From the NCBI GenBank assembly GCA_041695105.1, contig JBGFRN010000300.1:1-34762 (forward strand): a DNA stretch of 34,762 bases. Reading direction: 5' to 3'. This document shows, one piece after another, positions 28,335 to 34,762 of the stretch. This DNA comes from Bacillota bacterium (GTDB lineage Bacteria > Bacillota > Sulfobacillia > JAMDAP01 > JAJYMS01). The position numbers were made by a program, and so were the translations under genes. Below the pieces are notes generated by a model, which saw only the letters and a program-made list of their open reading frames with translations, was not told where the DNA came from and ran no database searches. Within the stretch, counting starts at the first letter, position 1. Every line of letters begins with the position of its first letter.

Positions 28335-28363
28335 GGGCCGGAGGTCACCGGCCCTTAGTTTTT
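28335..28363 (+). terminator. intrinsic terminator after the multiheme cytochrome gene
   Basis: GGGCCGG-AGGTCA-CCGGCCC followed by TTAGTTTTT. Confidence 0.6.
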
Positions 28364-28417
28364 AGCCGTGGTTGGGAGGTCCTTTCTATTCTCAAGCGCT
28401 GGCACTATGCCTGGATT

Positions 28418-29716
28418 GTGATCGGGGTTACCTTTCTGGCCCTTTTAGCCTCAGGAGGAACCCGGGCTTCGTTCGGGGTCTTCATTAAGCCGATTGAGAC
28501 CGAATTCGGATGGGATCGGGCCACCGTCTCGCTGGCCGCCTCGATCAGCGCCATGATGTACGGGGTTGGGCAGCCCCTGGTCGGCTACCTGATTGACCGC
28601 TGGGGGGCGCGCCGGGTGCTGGTGCTGAGCGTGCTCGGATTGGGTTTGGGCGCCGGCTTGACCGCCCTGACCCCAGGGGTAATGTATCTTTACGTTGTCT
28701 ATGGCCTGCTGACCACATTAGCCGCCAGCGGCCCGGCCGTAGCTATGGCCTCCTCGGTTGTCGCCCGCTGGTTCCAGACCAACCGCGGCCTGGCGATGGG
28801 CATCTGCGCCTCGGGCATCTCGGCCGGTCAGTTGGTGATCATCCCGCTGGCCATGCATCTGAACATCATGTTCGGATGGCGCTACAGCTTTGCCGTGCTG
28901 GGCGGGCTGATGCTAGTCCTGATCCTGCCGCTGGTTTTTCTTTATATGAAGAATTCCCCAGGGGATCTTGGCTTAAAGCCTTTCGGTGCCGAGGAGGAGG
29001 GGCGGCGCACCGCTGGGGACCGGTCAGGGATGGCCAGTTCGAGCCCGGCTGCCTTTCCCCCTGCTCTCGCCCCACCCGCCGCGACGGTCCCAGCGGCTGG
29101 TGTTCACCACTCTCTGGCCTCGGCCCTGAGGAACCGCGACTACTGGCTGGTGGTCTTCACCCAGTTCGTCTGCGGCTTTACCAGCCTGGGCAGCGTCACT
29201 ACCCACCTACCCGCCCATTCGATCGAGCACGGCTTTTCTCCAATGGTTGTGGCTGGTGCTATGGGGCTGATGGGCGGCATGAACTTCATCGGAACCATCC
29301 TCTCCGGCTGGATGACCGACCGGGTCGGGCGGCGGCAACTTCTGTGCGGCATTTACGGCTTTCGGGGCCTGGCCGTGGTCTACCTGATGTTCGTCCATGA
29401 CCCCATGGCTCTGAGCCTTTTTGCTATTGTTTTCGGCCTGACCTACATTGCCGCCACCCCTCCGACCGCCTCAATCCTGGTCGACCACTTCGGGCCGGGG
29501 TCGGCCGCCAGCCTGCTCTCCTGGGCCTTCGTCGGGCACCAAATCGGGGCGGCCATTGGAGCTTACTTCGGGGGTCTGCTCCACGACCTGACCGGGGGCT
29601 ACACTTACTCGTTCATCGCCTCAGCCATCCTGGCCCTCGCCGCCGCGGCCGCCAGCCTGCTGATCAGGCCCAGCCCGGCCCCGCACCGCATCTCGAACCC
29701 TTACCCCCATGTTTAA
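28418..29716 (+). CDS. MFS transporter (12-TM, oxalate/formate-antiporter-like layout)
   Basis: 432 aa. N- and C-terminal six-helix halves separated by a Pro/Ala-rich loop, with a GYLIDRWGARRV motif in loop 2-3. The start is uncertain: conserved-looking in-frame residues (KRWHYAWIV) lie upstream of GTG 28418 without a canonical start codon. Confidence 0.75.
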   Translation: MIGVTFLALLASGGTRASFGVFIKPIETEFGWDRATVSLAASISAMMYGVGQPLVGYLIDRWGARRVLVLSVLGLGLGAGLTALTPGVMYLYVVYGLLTTLAASGPAVAMASSVVARWFQTNRGLAMGICASGISAGQLVIIPLAMHLNIMFGWRYSFAVLGGLMLVLILPLVFLYMKNSPGDLGLKPFGAEEEGRRTAGDRSGMASSSPAAFPPALAPPAATVPAAGVHHSLASALRNRDYWLVVFTQFVCGFTSLGSVTTHLPAHSIEHGFSPMVVAGAMGLMGGMNFIGTILSGWMTDRVGRRQLLCGIYGFRGLAVVYLMFVHDPMALSLFAIVFGLTYIAATPPTASILVDHFGPGSAASLLSWAFVGHQIGAAIGAYFGGLLHDLTGGYTYSFIASAILALAAAAASLLIRPSPAPHRISNPYPHV

Positions 29717-29787
29717 GCGATAATCCATGCTCAAACCGGGCACCCTAAACTGGCTACCCTGATCGGGAAACTAGCGGGGGTGATCCG

Positions 29788-31179
29788 GTGGTTAGTCTAA
29801 GAAATTACGCCATGTGGATCCTGCTGGCGGCCGTTACCCTGGCTGCGGCAGGATACGCTTTTTATCGGGGCGTCTTACCCGGGCCGAGGCTTCGCGCCGA
29901 GGGCAAAACCGGCAGGATGGGCTACGTCTATGTCGTCAACCAGACCTCCAATGATGTCCACGCCATTGACATTGCCACCCTGCGGGTGGTTGAGCGGGTC
30001 AAGGTCGGGCGGACCAGTCATAACCTCTGGGTTAGCCCGGGTGGACGCTGGCTGGCGACGACTAACTATGGCGATGGGACGGTCTCCCTGATCAATCGGG
30101 CGACCCTGCGCCAGGTGGCAACCATTCAGGCCGGAAAGTGGCCGACCCACGTCGTCTTCAGCCGCGACGACAGATACGCCTATGTCCCGGACGCCGTCGG
30201 GGTACTCAGGGTGCTCGACCTGCAGGCCAGGGCGCCGGTAGGCGAGCTGAGAATCAAGTACGGCCCGCACGGCATTTTTAATTCTGAGGCTAACCCTGGG
30301 CCCCAGGCGGCCGGGTCGGCCGGTGGGATGCTGGCCATTGCTTCGACCGAGAGCAACCTGATCACCCTGGTCGACGTCTCCAGCCCTACAGCCCCACGGC
30401 TGGTGGCTGAGGTTCCGATCAGCGGGAAAGTCCCGATTGGAAGCGCCTTGAGTCCGGACGGCCGCTGGGCCGCCAGCGGCAACGCCGGGAGCAGCACCGT
30501 CTCGGTGGTCGATGTGATCGGCCGCCGGGAGATCGCCCACGTTCCGGTCGGTCATACTCCAATTCAAGTAGCCTTTTCTCCCGACGGGCGGCATCTGGCT
30601 TCGGCCAATTCCAAGGATTCGAGCGTCACCCTGATCGATACCGCCACCTGGGCCCCGGTGGCCGAGATCAAGATCCAGATCGGAAACTTCGGCCCCAAGG
30701 AAGTCGGGGCTCACGGCCTGGCCTGGACGCGGGACGGTGGTTCCTTATTCGTCACCAACACCGGTTCCAACTCGGCCAGCCTAATCGACGTCCCCCGGCG
30801 GGCAGTGGTCGCCCACGTGACGGTTGGCAACCAGCCTCAGGGGGTGGCCCTTTGGGAACCGGAGGTTGTCGCCGCCAGGCCGGTCCGTAACTTCATTGTA
30901 GTAGCCCGCCAGTGGGACTTTGTTGACGAGGGGGGCGCGGCCCTTGAGCCACAGGTCGACCTTGGCGACCTGATTGTGATGCGCCTGCGCAGTCCCGACG
31001 TCCCGCACGGCGTAGCGTTAAACGATTTTAAGGTTATTCAGACGGTCAATCCGGGGAAAGAGGAGACGGTGGCCTTCGTCGCCACCGCCCCGGGAGCCCT
31101 GAAATATTATTGCTACCTCTACTGTGGGCCAGGACACTTTCCGATGGAGCGGACGCTGACCGTTCGTGGCCCGAGCTGA
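29788..31179 (+). CDS. membrane-anchored YVTN/lactonase-type beta-propeller fused to a CuA-type cupredoxin domain
   Basis: N-terminal TM (MWILLAAVTLAAAGYAF). About seven ~43-aa repeats with SPGG/SRDD/SPDG/TRDG signatures. The C-terminal domain has DVPHGVAL (His 31006-31008) and CYLYCGPGHFPM (31111-31146), i.e. H-x34-C-x3-C-x3-H-x2-M, the CuA ligand spacing of COX subunit II and NosZ. Confidence 0.75.
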   Translation: MVSLRNYAMWILLAAVTLAAAGYAFYRGVLPGPRLRAEGKTGRMGYVYVVNQTSNDVHAIDIATLRVVERVKVGRTSHNLWVSPGGRWLATTNYGDGTVSLINRATLRQVATIQAGKWPTHVVFSRDDRYAYVPDAVGVLRVLDLQARAPVGELRIKYGPHGIFNSEANPGPQAAGSAGGMLAIASTESNLITLVDVSSPTAPRLVAEVPISGKVPIGSALSPDGRWAASGNAGSSTVSVVDVIGRREIAHVPVGHTPIQVAFSPDGRHLASANSKDSSVTLIDTATWAPVAEIKIQIGNFGPKEVGAHGLAWTRDGGSLFVTNTGSNSASLIDVPRRAVVAHVTVGNQPQGVALWEPEVVAARPVRNFIVVARQWDFVDEGGAALEPQVDLGDLIVMRLRSPDVPHGVALNDFKVIQTVNPGKEETVAFVATAPGALKYYCYLYCGPGHFPMERTLTVRGPS

Positions 31180-31238
31180 AGCCGGCCAAAAGCCGGCCAA
31201 AAAGGTTCTGGGCTCTCCCTGGCGAATCTTGTCTCATT

Positions 31239-33473
31239 ATGCATATTTGTCCGGGGAGGGTTTTGGGTTTGGCCCAACAGGGGTACATCTTTGCCCTTGA
31301 CATCGGTACCCGCAAGGTTATGGGGATCCTGGCCCGTCAGGACGGCAAGGGCTGGCAAATTGTCGCCGCCGAGCGGATGGAGCACCCCACCCGCTCGATG
31401 TACGACGGGCAGATCCATTATGTGGCCGAAGTGGCCGAGGTCGTAAGCCAGGTCAAGGGCAAGATCGAATCCAGGGCCGGAGTCAAGCTGACCCATGCCT
31501 CGGTGGCGGCGGCCGGCCGCGCCCTGCGTACCTTCAGGGGACGCGCCCTGCGCGAAAACGATGCCATGGTGGAAATGACGGCCTCCGACGTCATGGCTCT
31601 GGAACTTCAGGCGGTACAGGACGCTCAGCACCGGCTGCTGGAGGAGATGAAAAAACAGGGCGAAGAAGCCATCGAGGCCGAGTACCATTACGTCGGCCAT
31701 ACTGTTTTGACCTCCGAGTTAGACGGCAAGCCGATCGCCTACCTGGCCGGGCACCTGGCCCGTACCGCTTACATCGAGGTCATCGCCACTTTTCTCCCGC
31801 GCGAGGTGGTCGACTCGCTGCTCTCCGTGCTCGAACGCTCCGATCTTGAGGTGCACAGCCTCACCCTCGAGCCGATCGCGGCTATCAGCGTTGTTGTCCC
31901 ACCAACCATGCGTCACCTTAACCTGGCACTGGTCGATATCGGGGCCGGAACCTCGGACATTGCCATGACCAGTAAGGGAGCCGTCGTCGCCTATGACATG
32001 GTCCCGGTGGCCGGCGATGAGATTACCGAGCAGATCTCACACAAATACTTACTTGACTTTTCGGTGGCCGAGGCCGTCAAGCGGTCCCTGGCCAAGTCGG
32101 AGACGGTCAAAATCACCGACATCCTCGGCCACAAGCAGGCGCTGCCCCGGACCGAGGTGATCGACTGGCTGGCCCCTCACGTCGAGGAATTCGCCCACCG
32201 CCTGGCCAACCGCATCCTCGACCTGAACGGCGGCCCCCCGGTCGCCGTGGTGCTGGTCGGCGGCGGCAGCCAAACCCCCTTGCTTCCAGGCTTCTTGGCC
32301 AAGGCCCTCAGCCTGCCAGGTAACCGGGTGGCCGTCCGCGGCCGTGAGGCGATCTCTGGTTTCACCGGGGGCGGCCCGATCCTTCAAGGGCCCGACTCAG
32401 TCACCGGCATTGGCATCGCCGCCACCGCGTCGGATTCAGCCGCCCTGGGCTTTGTCTACGTTACGGTCGGAAGCAAGCGCGTCCGCCTCTTTCATCCCTC
32501 CCGCCAGCTCACTGCCGGCGACGCCCTGCTGACCGCCGGCGTGTCCCTTGAGGAACTCCGGGGCCAGGTCGGTAAGGGGCTCACGGTGACGGTTAACGGG
32601 CAGCTCCGGCTGATCCGGGGCACCATCGGCCGCCCCGCCCAGATCATGGTCAACGGCGAACCGGCCCAGCTCGACACAGGTATCCGCCCGCGCGACAAGA
32701 TAGCGGTCGTCCCCGGGGTCAGAGGGGAACCGGGGAGGGCCACCCTGGGCGAGATCCTCGAAGGCATCGAGCCCTTCGAGGTAACAGTCAACGGGGATGT
32801 CCGCCGGGTCGAGCCGAAGGTTTTCCTCAACCGCCGGGCGGTCAGCGATTTTTCGGTGCAGCTCGCCGATAACGACTCGGTTGAGGTCAGGGCCTCGGCC
32901 AGCCTGGCCGAATGGTTGCCTGAATGGGGGTACACCGGTGGTTCCGCTGGGGATTCGGCTGGGGATTCCGCTGGGGATTCCGCCCACCCATCGTTCATCT
33001 TTTCCCTGAACGGCCTCAAGGCAAGGATTCATGCCCCGCCTTACGAATACCTGGTCAACGGCAAACCGGTTGAGTTGACCTGCCGGATCGGACCGGGTGA
33101 CAGCGTCGAAATCGCGCCGAAAAAACTCAGCCTGGCCGACGCCCTGGCTTCGGTCCAACCCGCGGCCTTCCTTCCGGCGGCTGGGTCGGTGCGGGTTAAG
33201 TGCAACGATCGGATCGTAGTCTTTGAGACCAGGCCCCGGATCACTGTCAACGAGCGGGACGCCGATCTAAACTGCCTGCTTGATCCCTGGGACGAGGTGG
33301 CCGTTTCCTCGGAGGGGTCAGACCCAACCGTGGCCGACTTGCTCCTCAAGATTGGCTTTTCGCCCTCACCGCCGGCGGGGAAACGCTCCCTGGTCATCGA
33401 GGTCAATGGCCGCCCGGCCGCTTTTACCGATGTCCTGGCCGACGGCGATCGAATTCGGATCGATTGGGCATAG
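31239..33473 (+). CDS. FtsA-like actin-fold ATPase with five to six C-terminal beta-grasp (ThiS/MoaD-like) repeats
   Basis: Phosphate-1 FALDIGTRKV, phosphate-2 ALVDIGAGTSDI, adenosine motif VVLVGGGSQTPLLPG. Then repeats of the type VNGxP..L...I..GD.IEI (e.g. IMVNGEPAQLDTGIRPRDKIAVVPG, YLVNGKPVELTCRIGPGDSVEIAP, IEVNGRPAAFTDVLADGDRIRIDW). The start is ATG 31239 or TTG 31269 (after GGGGAGGG). The track start at 31110 overlaps the upstream gene. Confidence 0.6.
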   Translation: MHICPGRVLGLAQQGYIFALDIGTRKVMGILARQDGKGWQIVAAERMEHPTRSMYDGQIHYVAEVAEVVSQVKGKIESRAGVKLTHASVAAAGRALRTFRGRALRENDAMVEMTASDVMALELQAVQDAQHRLLEEMKKQGEEAIEAEYHYVGHTVLTSELDGKPIAYLAGHLARTAYIEVIATFLPREVVDSLLSVLERSDLEVHSLTLEPIAAISVVVPPTMRHLNLALVDIGAGTSDIAMTSKGAVVAYDMVPVAGDEITEQISHKYLLDFSVAEAVKRSLAKSETVKITDILGHKQALPRTEVIDWLAPHVEEFAHRLANRILDLNGGPPVAVVLVGGGSQTPLLPGFLAKALSLPGNRVAVRGREAISGFTGGGPILQGPDSVTGIGIAATASDSAALGFVYVTVGSKRVRLFHPSRQLTAGDALLTAGVSLEELRGQVGKGLTVTVNGQLRLIRGTIGRPAQIMVNGEPAQLDTGIRPRDKIAVVPGVRGEPGRATLGEILEGIEPFEVTVNGDVRRVEPKVFLNRRAVSDFSVQLADNDSVEVRASASLAEWLPEWGYTGGSAGDSAGDSAGDSAHPSFIFSLNGLKARIHAPPYEYLVNGKPVELTCRIGPGDSVEIAPKKLSLADALASVQPAAFLPAAGSVRVKCNDRIVVFETRPRITVNERDADLNCLLDPWDEVAVSSEGSDPTVADLLLKIGFSPSPPAGKRSLVIEVNGRPAAFTDVLADGDRIRIDWA
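32943..32984 (+). repeat. in-frame 12-nt tandem repeat (TCCGCTGGGGAT x3.5) encoding (SAGD)3
   Basis: Read directly. Lies in a linker between beta-grasp-like repeats of the FtsA-like protein (GGSAGDSAGDSAGDSAH). Confidence 0.85.
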
Positions 33474-33508
33474 GGTTGGGCATAGGGGCGGCAAGAGCGG
33501 GGCATAGG
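33466..33508. repeat. three copies of GGGCATAGG (33466, 33478, 33500)
   Basis: Read directly. The first copy overlaps the stop codon of the FtsA-like gene. Confidence 0.7.
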
Positions 33509-33565
33509 CACAAGTGTAGGACGTTGAAAGTTGCCTAGAGCCAAATGCCAATAGCAGAGAAGGCA

Positions 33566-33625
33566 GCGACAAAATGGCTAGCGACAAAAAAGCTGTGACA
33601 AAAATGTTAATGACAAAAATGTTAG
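33566..33625. repeat. four phased ~15-nt repeats with core GACAAAA (last two are TGACAAAAATGTTA, identical)
   Basis: GACAAAA cores at 33568, 33583, 33597 and 33612 (spacing 15/14/15), immediately upstream of the AAGGAG RBS (33631-33636) of the 33646 gene. Confidence 0.7.
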
Positions 33626-33645
33626 TGAACAAGGAGCCCGATGAA

Positions 33646-34080
33646 ATGCCGAGAATCAGTTTCATCCCCGATGACGACGCCCTGATCTACCTGCGTCTGG
33701 ACGGCGAGTTCGACCGCCCTGAGGATAACGTCACGGTGGCCGGGGCTAGCCTGACCTTCAGGCGGCTCAGTCTCTCGTTCGACCAGGCGGTTCTCGCGGC
33801 CCAGGAGATCGCCCGGGAAGTCAGTACGGGTGCCCGAGATATGAAATCGGCCGCCCCCGACCTCGAAATGCAGCTCACCCGGGCTGCCTGGGCCGCCGTC
33901 AGGGATGGCCGCGATTTTGCCGCCGAGGCAGCCGAGATCATCCGGGCGGTGGTGAATGTTTGGCCGGAATCGACCCCGGCCGGGGCCGTCGAGCTTCTCG
34001 AGCAGGCCCTGTCCCGCCTGAACCAGGTTCAGGTCAAGAAAGATGTCGAGGAGATCGATGATTTGTTGGTTTATACTTAG
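33646..34080 (+). CDS. hypothetical protein (acidic, helical)
   Basis: ORF 33574..34080. ATG 33646 is preferred because AAGGAG lies 9 nt upstream, and the upstream part of the ORF is the repeat array. No family recognised. Confidence 0.4.
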   Translation: MPRISFIPDDDALIYLRLDGEFDRPEDNVTVAGASLTFRRLSLSFDQAVLAAQEIAREVSTGARDMKSAAPDLEMQLTRAAWAAVRDGRDFAAEAAEIIRAVVNVWPESTPAGAVELLEQALSRLNQVQVKKDVEEIDDLLVYT

Positions 34081-34159
34081 CCTGCTGCCTGACGATTAGC
34101 TGGGGCCGCTGCCTTTAAGTCGGAGGAGAACGTCACCACCGACCCCGGTGTGCGGAGAT

Positions 34160-34201
34160 TGACACAAAAGGAGGCCCAGTCCCCAGTTGGGGGCTGGGCC
34201 T
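34160..34201 (-). terminator. strong hairpin that reads as an intrinsic terminator only on the - strand
   Basis: AGGCCCAGTCCCC-AGTT-GGGGGCTGGGCCT (13-bp stem, 34172-34201). On the - strand it is followed by CCTTTTGTGT; on the + strand no T-tract follows. No convincing - strand gene lies upstream of it inside the window. Confidence 0.3.
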
Positions 34202-34391
34202 CAGGCAATGTACCCCCGGCATGGGCAGTAGCTATAGGGTGAAAGACCCGAACGGAGGGTGACAGCCCCAACCGTTAGCCAAGGGCAAGGGTGTCCACCG
34301 TGAGGTGGAATCTGAAGGAAGCTGGAGGCAAACTCCCGACCCGAGGTACACGAACCGCATACGAGGCTGTTGCATCCGCGGCGAGGCGTGC

Positions 34392-34568
34392 CTCCGTCCG
34401 TTCTTGCAAGCAACCCCCATCAATTTACATGCAAAAATGGACAGAGCGGAGGGCCAGACCCCACTCAGGGGCTAAATTGGGCAGAAATTAACCTAAAATC
34501 AATGGGCGGAAACCGCCACCGTCCGTTTTTGCATGCCAAGCGGCCCTCCATCGTGCAAAAATGGACAG
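34392..34568 (+). repeat. two copies of a long hairpin built from the motif TGCAA(A/G)AA(T/C)GGAC in alternating orientation
   Basis: Hairpin A pairs CTCCGTCCGTTCTTGCA (34392-34408) with TGCAAAAATGGACAGAGCGGAG (34430-34451). Hairpin B pairs CCGTCCGTTTTTGCATG (34519-34535) with CGTGCAAAAATGGACAG (34552-34568). Confidence 0.6.
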
Positions 34569-34762
34569 ACCCAACGGGCAAGGATAAGGGCTTGTTATGG
34601 ACTGGCATGACACATAGGGCGGCTGCTTATCGGACAGCCGCCTCTTAGAGCCATTACGCCTTTCAGATCAATCGCCATCGGATCAAATCTCAAATCCAAT
34701 GGGTAACCGATAGTCAGATCGCGGGGAAAAATACGGTCGACAGTTTTCCCGCGACCTTTGTC

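Larger units (their letters stand above)
34150..34762 (+). mobile_element. 5' portion of a group II intron-like ribozyme (domain I onward); truncated by the window end, no IEP ORF visible
   Basis: GTGCG at 34150-34154. Three segments match, from my memory, conserved domain I strings of bacterial group II introns. They are TAGGGTGAAAGACCCGAACGGAGGGTGACAGCC..AACCGTTAGCCAAGGGCAAGGGT (34235-34293), GGAATCTGAAGGAAGC (34307-34322) and CGAACCGCATACGAGG (34351-34366). The region is densely hairpinned and non-coding. The 5' boundary is uncertain (alternative near 34220, ATGGGCAG). Confidence 0.45.

Noticed and set aside
28399-28414. TGGCAC hexamer upstream of the MFS gene as a second sigma-54 promoter
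   Set aside because: The -12 element is absent at the required spacing (TGGCACTATGCCTGGA).
29875-30714. 279-aa - strand ORF antisense to the propeller-CuA gene
   Set aside because: Gly/Arg/Pro/Asp-rich shadow frame. The + strand frame shows clear repeat periodicity and copper ligands.
29788-31179. Calling the propeller-CuA protein nosZ
   Set aside because: It is too short (463 aa). I could not see the characteristic NosZ His motifs (e.g. DxHH), there is no Tat signal, and no nosDFYL neighbours. It is kept only as NosZ-like architecture.
32436-33158. 240-aa and 175-aa - strand ORFs antisense to the FtsA-like gene
   Set aside because: Shadow ORFs. They translate the SAGD microsatellite as IPSGIPSRIPSG, with no start context or motifs.
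34201-34648. Small ORFs on both strands (34201..34413 -, 34232..34423 -, 34291..34491 +, 34370..34648 +)
   Set aside because: They are mutually overlapping, lack RBS, and lie in a region better explained as structured RNA.
34719-34754. Hairpin TCGCGGGGAAAA-N13-TTTTCCCGCGA at the window edge
   Set aside because: Real by eye, but it cannot be interpreted without downstream sequence. It is possibly just another helix of the intron-like RNA.

Overview
GC-rich (about 60% by eye) bacterial chromosomal segment, transcribed almost entirely on the + strand. All calls come from motif recognition in the supplied translations; no searches were run. The domain repertoire suggests a Clostridia/Peptococcaceae-like Firmicute or related lineage (inference only): copper-amine-oxidase-N 'stalk' domain, SHOCT-like tails, an FRDGQQ-type HMGL enzyme next to icd/mdh, and a group II intron-like RNA. 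Order of content: (1) a coiled-coil envelope protein, then TatA/TatC. (2) CcdA plus a TlpA/ResA-type thioredoxin, then FeoA/FeoB. (3) A roughly 11.5 kb tightly packed gene string (6743-18249) preceded by a near-consensus sigma-54 (-24/-12) promoter. It holds a complete System I cytochrome c maturation set (ccmE, F, H, A, B, C and a ccmD-like gene). Interleaved are two copies of an uncharacterised two-gene module: a membrane zinc-ribbon protein plus a secreted, TM-anchored protein with a SHOCT-like tail. The string ends with a histidine kinase, a sigma-54-dependent response regulator and a third small zinc-ribbon protein. (4) A TCA trio: Re-citrate-synthase-like enzyme, icd, mdh. (5) On the - strand, a secreted HEXXH metalloprotease with a copper-amine-oxidase-N domain. 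(6) A 1412-aa secreted protein with four FN3 domains, an Ig-like domain and 15 CXXCH heme motifs. (7) An MFS transporter. (8) A membrane-anchored YVTN-type beta-propeller fused to a complete CuA cupredoxin, i.e. a NosZ-like architecture at about two-thirds of NosZ size. (9) An FtsA-like actin-fold ATPase with five to six C-terminal beta-grasp-like repeats. (10) A hypothetical gene preceded by phased repeats. (11) The 5' part of a group II intron-like structured RNA running off the window. I saw no rRNA, tRNA or CRISPR array. The most interesting candidates are the propeller-CuA protein, the FN3-multiheme cytochrome, and the duplicated unknown module embedded in a sigma-54-controlled ccm operon that also has a Cys-type CcmE.
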